DNA of 64,000 bases from Podarcis muralis (GCF_964188315.1 NC_135656.1:1116001-1180000), one strand, 5' to 3'; positions 21,901 through 32,911 are shown, numbered from the stretch's first letter. Translations and numbers: made by a program. Notes: generated by a model not told the origin, from the sequence alone.

Positions 21901-24900
21901 AGTGAAAACTATCTACAGACCTGAGTGAAAACTATATACAGTATCCCCCTGTTGGCCCAGGGTGAAACTACACTACATAACAAATTGTATGTTGATTGCC
22001 CTCTTAGAAGACAAAGTCCAACAACTGGAGAAACGTGTAGCTACGCTCCAAAGAATTAGAGAGCTGGAGCTCTTCTTGGAAGCAACAGAGAACACCGTCT
22101 CCACCAAGGAGGAGACAGGGGACACCCCTGAGAAGGAGGCTAGTTCACCAACACAGGTGCCAGATATATGGAGAAACGTGACTCAAAGAAGTAGGAGGCC
22201 CAGGGTTCGCTCTGATTGTTTAGAAATACACAATCACTTTGAAGTCCTCTCCCCTAGCATGGAAGACGAAGAACAGACGCCATTTGAGGATCTCTCCCTC
22301 ATTACAGTCAATCAGGTATATGAAGACGAGCAGCAAAGTCAGTCCTCAGGGAATGTGCAGGCGACCTTGGAACGGACAGCTCACGGAAGAACCCCGACCA
22401 AACCTAAGAGGAGGCGTGTAGTGGTGATAGGGGATTCCCTACTGAGGGAAACAGAAGCAGTGATCTGTGGGCCTGACAAGATGTCTCGGGAGGTGTGCTG
22501 TCTCCCCGGGGCTAAGATCCAAGATGTAACTGAACGACTGCAAGGAATCATAAAACCCACTGACAAATACCCCTTCCTCTTGGTTCATGTGGGAACCAAT
22601 GACACTGCAAGCAATAGCCTCCAGAAGATCAAAAGAGACTATGAGGCTCTGGGCAGGAAATTGAAGCAATTAAATGCACAAATTGTCATCTCATCTGTCC
22701 TCCCAGTTGAACGATGTGGCCCAGGGAGAGAGGGAAAAATAGTGGAAGTGAACAGCTGGCTTCGCAAATGGTGTAAACAGGAACGGTTTGGATTCTTAGA
22801 TCATGGACTGCAGTTTCTTGAAGATGGACTTCTGGCAAGCGATGGGCTGCACCTCACAGCGGTTGGGAGGAATGTTTTTGCCAAAAATCTCAGAAACCTC
22901 ATCAGGAGGGCTTTAAACTGACTAATGTGGGGGAGGGAGACAGTGCTCCTGAAGGTAGGAGTCTATCAATTGATGAAGATGATCATCCAAATGTCATAGA
23001 CCAAATGGAGCAAACACCACACAGACCTAGTGGTGGGAGGAAAAAATCCTTAAATAAGAGACACGGGGGAATGATTAATGGACTTCAATGTCTGTACACT
23101 AATGCGCAAAGCATGGGAAATAAACAAGATGAGCTTGAGCTCTTGGTACAGCAAACTAAATATAGGCATCACTGAAACCTGGTGGGATAAGTCCCACGAT
23201 TGGAATGTAATAATGGAGGGATACAATCTAATTCAGAGAAACAGACCAGACAAGAAAGGAGGAGGAGTGGCGTTATATGTCAGGGATGTGTATACCTGTG
23301 AAGAGATCCAAGATTTAGAACCTCAAAGCCAAAGTGAGAGCATTTGGGTCAAAATTAAGGGAGAGAAGAATAACAGAGACCTCATTGTGGGAGTTTACTA
23401 TAGATCCCCAAGCCAAACGGAGGACATAGATGATGCCTTCCTGGAACAGATGGCCAAGCATGCAAAAGGAAGGGAGATAGTAGTAATGGGGGACTTCAAT
23501 TACCCGGATATTTGTTGGATGTCAAACTCAGCCAAGAGCATAAGGTCAAACAGATTCCTCACTGCCCTTGCAGACAACTTCATTGTCCAGAAAGTGGGAG
23601 AAGCAACAAGAGGAACAGCCATTTTAGATCTGGTCCTAACCAATGTTGATGACCTGGTTAGTGGGGTAGAAGTGGAAGGATCATTAGGTGCGAGTGATCA
23701 TGCTCTTCTGAAGTTTACTTTACAGCGGAAAGGAGCAGCCAAGCATACTAGGACTCAATTTCTTGACTTTAAGAAAGCCGACTTCATAAAATTTAGGGAA
23801 GTGCTGGGTGAGATCCCATGGACAGTAATACTAAAAGAAAAGGGAGTTCATGATGGCTGGGAGTTTGTTAAGAGGGAGATAGTAAAAGCACAACTTCAGG
23901 CAATACCAATGAGACGGAAACATGGAAGGCGCCTAAAGAAGCCAGGGTGGCTATCTAAAGAACTTTTAACTGAGTTAAGATTAAAAAAGGATGTGTACAA
24001 AAAATGGAAAAGGGGGGAAACCACCAAAGAGGAATTCAAACAAATAGCCAGCACATGTAGACACAAAGTCAGAAAAGCTAAAGCACAGAATGAACTCAGG
24101 CTTGCTAGAGAGGTTAAAAGCAACAAAAAAAAGGCTTTTATGGGTATGTCCGTAGCAAAAGGAAGAACAAAGAAACAGTGGGGTCACTCAGAGGAGAAGA
24201 TGGTGAAATGCAAACAGGGGACACAGAAAGGGCTGAACTCCTCAATGCCTTCTTTGCCTCAGTCTTCTCCGATAAAGAAAACAATGCCCGACCTGAAGAA
24301 TTTGGAGCAAATGATTCAGCAGAGGAAACACAGCTCAGAATAACTAAGGAGATAGTACAAGAATACTTGGCTAGTTTAGATGTAGTCAAGTCTCCAGGGC
24401 CAGATGAACTGCATCCAAGAGTATTAAAAGAACTGGCAGATGTGATCTCAGAACCACTGGCAGTCATCTTTGAGAATTCCTGGAGAACAGGCGAAGTCCC
24501 AGCAGACTGGAGGAGGGCAAATGTTGTCCCTATTTTCAAAAAGGGGAAAAGAGAGGACCCAAATAATTACCGCCCAGTCAGTCTGACATCAATACCAGGG
24601 AAGATTCTGGAGCAGATCATTAAGCAAACAGTCTGTGAGCACCTAGAAAGGAATGCTGTGATCACCAATAGTCAGCATGGATTTCTGAAAAATAAGTCGT
24701 GTCAGACTAACCTGATCTCATTTTTTGACAGAATTACAAGCCTAGTAGATGAAGGGAACGCAGTGGATGTAGCCTACCTTGATTTCAGCAAGGCATTCGA
24801 CAAGGTGCCCCATGATATTCTTGTAAAGAAGCTGGTAAAATGCGGTCTTGACTATGCTACCACTCAGTGGATTTGTAACTGGCTGACTGACCGAACCCAA

Positions 24901-27900
24901 AGGGTGCTCATCAATGGTTCCTCTTCATCCTGGAGAAGAGTGACTAGTGGGGTGCCACAGGGTTCTGTCTTGGGCCCGGTCTTATTCAACATCTTTATCG
25001 ACGACTTGGAAGATGGACTCAAGGGCATCCTGATCAAATTTGCAGATGACACCTGTCAGGGGTTCAGGGAGTGAGGCACAGATGAGGGAGGAGACTGAGA
25101 GCGAGGGGGAAGAATCCAGGAACGAGGAGGAGGAGGATGACAATGACTTGAGGGCTTCCATGAGTCTCTCAAGTGAATTGGAGGATTCCCAAAAGGGGCG
25201 CCCCTGGTCAGGCCAAGGGGAGCCACAGGGGGGACTCGTCAGGAGCAGGGGAGCAGCAGGGAAACCCCGAGTGGGAGTGGGAGATCGGGGCAGGCTTCCC
25301 AGCCGGAACGGAGTGAAGAGGGTGGAGTTCCCAGTGTGACAGGCGGAGCAGAGCAGGAAGCAGAGAGGGGAAGGAGATCGGGGCAGGACGTCCTGCCGGA
25401 AGGGGCGGAGAGTAGTACAGAGAGTAGTATAACTGTCGAGAGGAAGGTCAGGGGTAGCGAACGCGCGCCAAGTTCAAATGTGGAGGCGCGCGGAAATGCG
25501 GAGAGCCCGGAGGAGGAGCCTGGTCCCAAAGCATGGAGGAGGGGGGAGCAGGCGTCTGGGGACTCAGCGTTAGGGGAAAGCAGGAGGGAAGGAACCCAGG
25601 GGGGCAGAAAGACCCTGCGGAAAAGGAAGGACAGGAAGAGGTGGACCAGCACAAGCCTCTTAAACTGGTGTAGAGGCGGAACTGATTCAGAGGGGACTTC
25701 AGCAGTCTAAGCATAACAGACGTGGGGCTGCGCGCCTCGGCTGTGGAACAAACAATGTACTTCAATAAAGACTTTTGTAAATAAAGTGGACTTGGCGTTG
25801 GTCTCTTGTGAGCTGGGACCTGAGGCGGCCCTGACAACACCAAACTGGGAGGGGTGGCTAACACCCCAGAGGACAGGATCACACTTCAAAATGACCTTGA
25901 CAGATTAGAGAACTGGGCCAAAACAAACAAGATGAACTTTAACAGGGAGAAATGTAAAGTATTGCACTTGGGCAAAAAAAACGAGAGGCACAAATACAAG
26001 ATGGGTGACACCTGGCTTGAGAGCAGTACATGTGAAAAGGATCTAGGAGTCTTGGTTGACCACAAACTTGACATGAGCCAACAGTGTGACGCGGCAGCTA
26101 AAAAAGCCAATGCAATTCTGGGCTGCATCAATAGGAGTATAGCATCTAGATCAAGGGAAGTAATAGTGCCACTGTATTCTGCTCTGGTCAGACCTCAATT
26201 GGAGTACTGTGTCCAGTTCTGGGCACCACAGTTCAAGAAGGACACTGACAAACTGGAACGTGTCCAGAGGAGGGCAACCAAAATGGTCAAAGGCCTGGAA
26301 ACGATGCCTTATGAGGAACGGCTAAGGGAGCTGGGCATGTTTAGCCTGGAGAAGAGGAGGTTAAGGGGTGATATGATAGCCATGTTCAAATATATAAAAG
26401 GATGTCACATAGAGGAGGGAGAAAGGCTGTTTTCTGCTGCTCCAGAGAAGCGGACATGGAGCAATGGATCCAAACTACAAGAAAGAAGATTCCACCTAAA
26501 CATTAGGAAGAACCTCCTGACAGTAAGAGCTGTTTGACAGTGGAATTTGCTGCCAAGGAGTGTGGTGGAGTCTCCGTCTTTGGAGGTCTTTAAGCAGAGG
26601 CTTGACAACCATATGTCAGGAGTGCTCTGATGGTGTTTCCTGCTTGGCAGGGGGTTGGACTCGATGGCCCTTGTGGTCTATTCCAACTCTATGATCATAT
26701 GATTCTATGATAAGGGTGGGAAACCTGTGGCCCTGCAGATGTGGACTGCAACTCCTGTTATAGACGCCCCCATATATAAGATTTCCCCTATTTTGGGGGA
26801 CTCTGATTTAAGAAAATGGGGGATGGTCCCTGTGTATAAGACACCCCCAAATTTTGGACATTATTTTCAGGGGGAAACGTAGTCTTATACACGGAAAAAT
26901 ACGGTATTTTATTTCATAAAACCACTTGATTGTAAACCTCAAAGTGCTTTACAAAAAGATAAAACAATAAAATTAAGAAAAAAGTCACAACCCTAGTTTA
27001 AAATAATTGAGTAGACTTATCTAAACAAGAATATTTTAGCAGGTGCCAAAAAGAGTACAGTGAAGCCTGCTTGATCTCAATAGGCAGGGAGTTCCAAAGT
27101 GCAGGTGAAGACCCAGTTCTTATAAATGTGGAACGGGCATTATGTGACGCCTGTTGTAGTGCCAGTTCTTTCAATCAATGTGGTTGAGTGGCGCATGTGC
27201 AGTAATCTATTGACCATGTTTGTTTGGGTTGATGGGCGATGGAGACCAGTAACACGAGTAACAATGGGAACATTATATTAGACCTTTTATGGGCCTCTAC
27301 ACAGACCAGAACCTTGTTGGTTGTGTTGCGGCCGCTTTACCGCCAGGATCTACCATGGGATGAGGCAGCTTTTCCTTCCCAGGTGTCTGCTTCTGCTCTG
27401 TGGGTCCTGGACTCTCCCAGCTCTGTCCTTTGGGGCATCTCGACTCTTCCAGCCAAGGTTCCCTCACGCAAGAGTTGTCTGGGTTCCTCTTACCCTGCTC
27501 TTAGCTCCAGCCAGGCCTTAGGGATCCAGCCCCTGGTCATCCAATAAAGTTTCACTTGAGGATCCCGGATATTTCTCCCCTGCTGCCCTATTTTTGGCAC
27601 CGCAAGCTAGAAGTTCACCCCACAGCATCCTTGTTCTCGCCATCCCTTTCCAGCCTAGCAGAACATGGACAGTTACTCTCCCAGGCCATTGCTTAGCAAC
27701 TTGGTGAGATGGGGTGGATGCTTCAGAGAAGAGAGTGTGGCCTCCCTCACTGACCAGTCTAACCAGGAGACATGCACGAAAACCCACCCTGCTCCTCCTG
27801 GCCTGGGAAGTCAGGAGATAAGAGAACTTCAATAATGTGTCACCTGCATGCAATATGCCCCCTTTTTCGGTCTGGACAATTTCGCTGGCTTTCCATCCCT

Positions 27901-30835
27901 ACCTCTGCCCCTCTTACATCAGGTGGTAAAAGCCCTCAAGGAAAGCAGGAAAGAACCTGCCTGTGGGATTCAGCTCTCTCACCAGGAGAAACTTCAACTA
28001 GAGGCCCTCAGACCACCACTAGGGTAATGGGAAACGTAGTCCAGAAACTTATGGGGACCATAGTTTGAAGAACCCTGAGTTAGTGGATGGGGGCCAGCCA
28101 ACACGCTACCCACTTCATAAGGATGTTGTACTGGGACATTTTGGGGAGAAAAGAAGAAGAAGAAGAGTTTGGATTTGATATCCCGCCTTTCACTCCCTTT
28201 AAGGAGTCTCAAAGCGGCTAACATTCTCCTTTCCCTTCCTCCCCCACAACAAACACTCTGTGAGGTGAGTGGGGCTGAGAGACTTCAAAGAAGTGTGACT
28301 GGCCCAAGGTCACCCAGCAGCTGCATGTGGAGGAGCGGAGACACAAACCCGGTTCCCCAGATTACGAGACTACCGCTCTTAAACACTACACCACACTGGC
28401 TCTCTGCTCTTAGCTCCAGCCAGGCCTTAGGGATCCAGCCCCTGGTCATCCAATAAAGTTTCACTTGAGGATCCCGGATATTTCTCCCCTGTGGCAGATG
28501 ATGTGGCAGATGATGGCAGATGATGGCAGACTGCTGCTTCCTCATCCCCACCAGTGGCAAGTCTGTCTCCATGAACCCTTAAAAATCCCCCAATTGCCAA
28601 AACAGGACCCCCATCAAATCATCACCTGTGAATGGAGTGGTAAATGTTGGCAGTGGATTTTTGCCTCCCGCTAGACTCCATTTACCCTTCCCTGGAGACC
28701 CTGAGGCAAGGACTCTTGGCGCTTCAGGTCAGATTTCCAAAAGTTGGCAGCACTACAACTGAGCACAAATCAGCTTTCACTTCCCTTCATTTAGTGATTT
28801 TGCTCATTTTTGTTTAGGTGATAGTTATTTTTCTATCTAGTTTAGTCAGATTGATTCACACCCTATGCCATTATGAGCAGGGCTGATTATTGTTGTGCCA
28901 GTTGTGCTAGAAATATTTATATTGAGGGGCAGCATAGAAATCTTTAAAATAAATATATAAATTCATTCATAGTTATTAAAGAATAATAAACCAACACATA
29001 CACCTCCCTTTGTTTCTGATGGAGACAAAGCCAAGAAACAATGTCCTTCATAGATGAAATGTTTTGAACGATAAAGAGGGAAATGGTCAAAGTACCTTTG
29101 GAAAGAGCCACGATGCAGAAAACAGCAGCTCCCAGGACAGAGACCATCAGCAGGATGCAGATGTGGAAGAGCGGCCTCCGGGTGAAATTAAGGTAACTTC
29201 TTTCTTTAAATAAAGAAAAGAAAAAGAAGAAAAAGATATAGCCATTCTTCCATGACTGCTGGAATCATGCAAGAACCTTTATTCCAACAGAGTTTCCAGC
29301 AAGAGCTTTGAGTTGAGGATATGCACCCATTGTGAGCGCATTGTGATGAGTGTGCCAGGCCCCTGTAATCCCTGGATGGTGCAAGTGTTAAAATCTAATC
29401 TAGCTCTGTGCTAGATGGCAAATGGGTGGGGCCCCTCACTCAGCTCAGAGATACCGTAGTTGGAAGGATAAAGCCTGAATTGAGAGTTGAGAGTTGCTCT
29501 GATGTGAGCTACAAGCAAAACAGCAAATGGGAAGCGAGAGGCAGAGCAATGATTGATTTCTGTTGGAATCCAAGGTTGTGGCTACCGGAGAAACAAGACC
29601 CTTGCTGTGAACTCCTCCATCGTAGGCTCAGGTTGTATATAGGAGCAAATAAACCATATATCATAAAGACACCAGAGTCTCCGCTGTGCCTCATTTCCAA
29701 AAGGAAACACAAGCCCCTGGTAAGTGCCTGGGATCCCTGGAATCTTGCACCCCCCACCCCCCGGAGACTGGGGTGGTGTGCAGCGGTATCACACTTGCCT
29801 TGGTGCAGCCTTTCTTGCTATCTTACTGCGCTTGCATGATGTCTTGAAACTTTCTTGAAGTATCAGCTGTGTTGCTTGCTGTGCTGCTGCAGCCTTGTGT
29901 TGATTTTGTGGGGGGAGGGGTTATTATTATGAACTAATAAAGCAGAATAAATATTGCACTATGGTGGGGTTAAGAAACAAACATGCCCACAATAAAGCAG
30001 CAGTCTTGGAAGGGCCCCTGGAGTCACTTTCGCCCCTCCACCTCTGATTTCCTTAGCTGCTTCTGTGCCCGGCAACCTGGCCTGATCATTAAAAGAACCT
30101 CTGGATGGCCTTTTTTCTTAAGCATTCATTCGGATTTGCTATTACAAAGCTTACAGGTCTTTATTTAGCAGGCATCCTTTGTTTGCAGGGAGGTTCAGTG
30201 ACAAAAGAGGGACAAAGGATTTGCTTGCAGGTCTTCCCATTAGCCATTTGCTCACTGCACATTTTTCAGTGCATTTCCACCTGTCACTTTCCTAACTGTA
30301 AAAAAATCTTTTTTTAAAAAAGTGAATTTGTTGCAGTAAGTTGACTAGAGTGCTTTAATTCACATTATTTGTGCAAACCTCAATTTCCAGTAATATATGT
30401 GGAACCAGGAAGTGCTCAGCTCCCTAAAGTAGAATAGTGAAAGCAATTATTTCTTGGCCCGTTAACTCCATCTTGTCTAACACCCCCCTCCCGCCCTGCC
30501 TTGCATATTTTCAACATAGACTTAATAAGCATCTTTGAAAGCCTGTTGGCTGAAAAATAAATCTGTCTTGTGGCATTAGACAAGCACATATGTTGCAGCA
30601 CAGAAAACAGGGGGGAAAGCACAAGACAGAATAAACAAACAAATAAACAAATACATAAATGAACTATTGGACAAGGTACAATAGTGTCAAATTGAGATCT
30701 GAGCCAGAGACTTCCTTGCCACAGTCAACTCTCTTAACTGCGACAGAATTAAGCTTGCGCTTAAGTGCCAAAGAGGAGGAGAAAATATTTACCTTTATAT
30801 GTCTGGAAGTCATCTTGCATTTTTTCTTCCTCCAT
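12979..30835 (-). CDS. C-type lectin gene A, type II membrane, CLEC4G(LSECtin)/CD209-like, 214 aa
   Basis: Exons 30835-30793 ([14 protein letters not shown]), 29203-29096 (TM: [36 protein letters not shown]), 16992-16918 (neck), 15248-15097, 13969-13857 and 13132-12979 (CTLD with WMGL, EPN, WND). All introns are GT-AG with compatible phases 1,1,1,0,2, total 645 nt. RRPLF...LSK resembles the CLEC4G TM exon. AATAAA lies on the minus strand near 12680. Confidence 0.88.
14455..14650 (+). mobile_element. tRNA-derived SINE, degraded (related copies at ~11900-12000 minus, ~39225-39360 minus, ~50975-51065 plus)
   Basis: A-box-like AGCTCAGTGGCAGAGCA head followed by a body shared among the copies (...CCTGAAA.CATGGAG.GCTGCTG...). 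Confidence 0.7.
15966..16166. repeat. Foldback/MITE remnant
   Basis: Nested inverted repeats GTGAGCTTTCAC/GTGAAAGCTCA, AAAGCCACTTC/GAAGTGGCTTT and TGCAAGTTTAG/CTAAACTTGCA. Confidence 0.7.
16430..16870 (+). mobile_element. Degraded solo-LTR-like dispersed repeat (relatives at ~29350-29750, 37596-38011, ~47100-47480)
   Basis: TG...CA ends. Blocks shared between copies: CAAGTGTTAAAAT, GGAATCCAAGG.TGTGGCTA, GTAAATAAA...GACACCA.AGTCTC. No TSD was found. Confidence 0.55.
17292..17511 (+). repeat. Two identical 71-bp monomers in the CR1 5'UTR (17292-17362, 17441-17511)
   Basis: AGAGGGGGCAGGGTTTCTGTTGAGTCAGG...CGCAGGGCAGC occurs twice with a 149-bp period. Confidence 0.9.
17779..21522 (-). CDS. Gypsy gag-pol polyprotein (Gag/Zn knuckles, PR, RT, RNaseH, IN), uninterrupted up to the truncation
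   Basis: Motifs [68 protein letters not shown] and NGQAERMV. The last ~29 codons come from antisense CR1. Confidence 0.96.
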   Translation of the reverse strand: MASLVPLPPFAPASESWDSYLARFDCYLQANELTAVSQDRKRGLFLSLCGPEVFETARALVAPEAVQASPWDTIQEKLRNHYAPKPSKIAARHAFYHRNQAEGESINNYTTALRQAAMHCEFRDLDDALMDRIVCGVRDIHLQRRLLAKPDLTLQKAIEEAVASEAAERSAQEIRKSSSLRLAREPVPVHHEEASSEEASSSEDDDVHQTKRERRKFQQKSKGQPECAGCGGNHSRAKCRFRDAICRRCSRRGHIAKVCRSAPSDNPPSSTRKSKSSLQSAKESCFALTNCRCPSGTTIGQTDSPTRRKLNVTVLIEGAPCDMEIDTGSALSIVSWSTIKRLVPRVSKRQLDSHRVHLRDYQGNDVPVVGVGRFRIAFKDFSGLLRLVVVEGQRPSLLGLDWFDALGLEVTGINCISNAETEGLVKDFAEVFDGTLGQYTGTPISFSLDPQVAPIKLKPRRVPFALKAKVDEQLDKLIAQGVLEPVDHAKWETPIVTPVKPDGSVRICADYKCTINKALQQHAYPVPVVQHLLHSLGEGKVFAKLDLAQAYQQLPVDDATAEAQTIVTHRGAFRCRRLQFGVSVAPGIFQGLMERLLQGLPGVVPYFDDVLVSADSHQQLFERLRAVLTRFQEAGLKVKREKCQIAVPQVEFLGYLIDASGLHPTTSKIRAIQQAPTPKNKTELQAFLGLLNFYNMFLPHKATVAEPLHRLLSTKTPWAWGHRETAAFNAVKALLSSDSVLVQYSESRPLVLACDASPFGIGAVLSHRFPDGREAPLAYFSRTLSLTERNYSQLDKEALALVAGVKRFHEYLYGRTFDLITDHKPLLGLLAGDRPTPPVLSPRMLRWTVFLAAYHYRLIHRPGKSMGHADALSRCPLPAFVEDPAPASSLLLIEDLPAAPVSAATVASASAQDRTISRVLNWVWRGWPQGPFASEFQPFATRQHELSAHRGCLLWGDRVVIPQGLRQRVLEALHVGHPGIVKMKALARCYVWWPNMDDAITAWVSACQACQESRPAPPAAKGYTWETPKTPWSRVHIDLAGPFHGRTFMVVVDAYSKWLEVALMPSTTTEAVIRVLRGLFATHGCPDVLVSDNGPQFTSGTFERYLLGLGIRHALTAPFHPSSNGQAERMVRSTKEALARLDRGDWHERVAEYLFAQHITPHAATGRSPAELLMGRRLRSPLDRLHPDFAVAEPPGCANAPRSFVPGNQVFARNYVGDNLCCFQEELQLSNSLERSYTFLQLLDFVF
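17866..21982 (-). mobile_element. Ty3/Gypsy LTR retrotransposon, 5' LTR present, 3' end missing
   Basis: 5' LTR ~21718-21982 starting TGTTATG. PBS TGGCGACGAAGG (21705-21716). The sequence breaks off in the integrase C-terminus (ARNYVGD) with no PPT or 3' LTR. Confidence 0.95.
22922..26537 (+). pseudogene. CR1 ORF2 (APE + RT), frameshifted and interrupted by a solo LTR
   Basis: Motifs [63 protein letters not shown] and FADDT|KLGG. Confidence 0.95.
25054..25836 (+). mobile_element. Solo LTR, 783 bp
   Basis: 8-bp terminal inverted repeat TGTCAGGG...CCCTGACA and 5-bp TSD ACACC (25049-25053, 25837-25841). AATAAA occurs twice near 25765-25783. Excision restores FADDTKLGG. Confidence 0.92.
26760..26906. 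mobile_element. Partial Tc1/pogo-type MITE end
   Basis: It terminates in GTCTTATACACGGAAAAATACGGTA, a typical Tigger/pogo-like terminus. The partner end was not found. Confidence 0.5.
27495..28491. repeat. 88-bp perfect direct repeat pair (27495-27582, 28404-28491)
   Basis: CTGCTCTTAGCTCCAGCC...ATATTTCTCCCCTG is present twice, 821 bp apart. Confidence 0.93.
28150..28403 (-). mobile_element. tRNA-derived squamate SINE
   Basis: The reverse strand starts AGAGCCAGTGTGGTGTAGTG.TTAAGAGCGGTAG and ends in a (TTC)n tail. It is the same family as 53673-53922. Confidence 0.9.
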
Positions 30836-31189
30836 CTTGCAGAAGTCCTTTCCCCCCTCCAGATCTTGACTTTCCAAAATGAGGACTTTACAGTTTACCT
30901 TGGCTATTCCATGAGAAGAGTTAATCAGTAACTTGCATGGATGGCAGAGACCACACCTCTGCCCCTCTGCCCTCAGCCTGCCTGCCAGTTTTTAAAATGC
31001 AGTGGCAGCTGAAACATCCTTCATTGAACTGTGGTCCAGAGAGTTCTTAGACAACATGGTAATGAATTTAGTGCCTGTTCAAAATCTCTGTGGGTGGAAA
31101 TCAGTGCTATAGTCTCCTTCCATGAAGTATCAGCCTTGATCCGAATGGGCAGTGTGTGTATGTATGTATGTATGTATGTACAGTATGTA

Positions 31190-31219
<30 letters not shown>

Positions 31220-31220
<1 letters not shown>

Positions 31221-32010
31221 AGAGTTGGAAAGGATCCCAAGGGTCATCTAGTCCAACCCCCTGCAATGCAGGAAACTCAACTCAAGCACCCATGGCAGAT
31301 GGCTACCCAAGCTCTGATTAAAAACCTCCAAGAAAGGAGAGTCCACCACCCTCTGTGGGGGACTGTTCCAGCTTTGCCAGAAAGTTCTTCCTGATGTTTA
31401 GTTGGAATCTCCTTTCTTGTCACTTGAAGCCATGGGTTCGAGTCCTACCCTCCAGAGCAGGAGAAAACCAGTGTGACCCATCTTCCATGTCACAGCCCTT
31501 GAGATACTTGAAGATGGCTCTCATATGTCCTCTCAGTCTCCTCTTTTCCAGGCTAAACATCCCCAACTCCCTCAACCGTTCCTCATAAGGCTGGTTTCCA
31601 GACCCTTGATCATCTTGGTCGCCCTCCTCTGCACACCTTTCAGCTGGTCAGTACAGGTAGCGACCATTTTTCCAAGCGTGTCCACTTGATGCACTTCACA
31701 TACATGCTTGCTTCTGGCGACCCTGAAGTGGCCCCCAAATGGAGCTGGGGGCGGAATGGGACGGGGTGGTCTTATGCATGCTCTGCTGGTGCATGCAGGG
31801 GTCAGGAACAGAACCCCTGTGCAAAATGGTTGCTGCCTGAATCCTTCTTAAATTGTGGTGCCCAGAACTGGACACAGTATTCCAGGTGTGGTCTCACCAA
31901 GGCAGAAGGGAGTGGCGCCACTTCTTCCTTTGACCTGGACACTCGACATCCATTGATGCAGCCTAGAATGGTGTTTTTTGCTGTTGCATCACACTGTTGA
32001 CTCATGTTGG
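31220..32010 (-). mobile_element. Older CR1 3' fragment with a nested MITE (31654-31839)
   Basis: CR1 3' end plus the translation [22 protein letters not shown]. The MITE has 17-bp TIRs CAGGTAGCGACCATTTT/AAAATGGTTGCTGCCTG (2 mismatches). A (TATG)n(TAAA)n microsatellite lies at ~31155-31220. Confidence 0.8.
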
Positions 32011-32563
32011 GCCTGGGAGTAAAGAGGCAGGGCCCAGGGGTTAAAAACCAGAGCTAGAAATCTGATGCCCCCCCCTAATGTTTGCTGGGTGATGGGAGTT
32101 GTAGTTCAGCAGCAACTAGAAGGACAAAAGTTCTCCATATCTGAGCAAAAACAAGGAAACTGGAGGAGGAAACTGTGACTCTCTACAGGTTGGATTGATT
32201 GATTGATTTCATAAAATTTATACAACACTTTACAAAGAAAAAATATCACAAATTTGAAACATTCGAAAGTTTAAATACTAAAATAGATTAATGTTACCTC
32301 AACTTTCTAAGCACCTGGCTAGGCTTGTCTAAACAGGAAAATAGAATAGTGAAGGCACCTGATCTCAACAGGCCAGGATGTCCAAAGTGTAGGTGCTTCA
32401 ACACTGGTCCTCCTCTCCTGCTCCTCTCTCTCTCTCTGATTTCTGGCCATTGGCAGAAATCAAGGTTAGGAGGCAAACACAGTTGAAATCAATAGTCCTT
32501 GTTAGTTTAGGCTGCAATAAGTGTAAATATTATTACACTTTCTAATCAGGGAACAGATCACTG

Positions 32564-32566
<3 letters not shown>

Positions 32567-32607
<41 letters not shown>

Positions 32608-32837
32608 ACCTCAGTTTATGAACTTAATCCCTTCTGGAAGTCCATTCTTAAACCGAAACCGTTCTTAAACCGAGGCGTGGTTTCCCTAATGAGGCCTCCC
32701 ACTGCCGGTGCCCTTTCACCATTCAGATTCCGTTCTTAGACCGAGGTAAAGTTCACAAACTGGGACACTACTTCCGGTTTTGTGCAGTTCATTTCATAAA
32801 CCAAATCGTTCTTAAACAGGACTGTTCTTAAGCCAAG

Positions 32838-32908
<71 letters not shown>
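32567..32908. repeat. (CA)n, Tigger-like MITE fragment, then (GT)n(GA)n
   Basis: Microsatellites flank GTACCTCAG...TTCTTAA, which resembles the MITE at 47482-47696. Confidence 0.7.

Positions 32909-32911
<3 letters not shown>

Larger units (their letters stand above)
17668..22921 (+). pseudogene. CR1 ORF1 (zinc finger, leucine zipper, SGNH esterase), split by the Gypsy
   Basis: [14 protein letters not shown]...FTCSNC, then [22 protein letters not shown], then [17 protein letters not shown] and DGLHLT. Confidence 0.93.
17292..26710 (+). mobile_element. Near full-length CR1 LINE interrupted by a Gypsy and a solo LTR
   Basis: 5'UTR, ORF1 (17668-17757 plus 21983-22921), ORF2 (~22920-26537) and a 3' tail ...TTCCAACTCTATGATCATATGATTCTATGA. 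ORF2 has frameshifts near 23160 and 24130. Confidence 0.95.
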
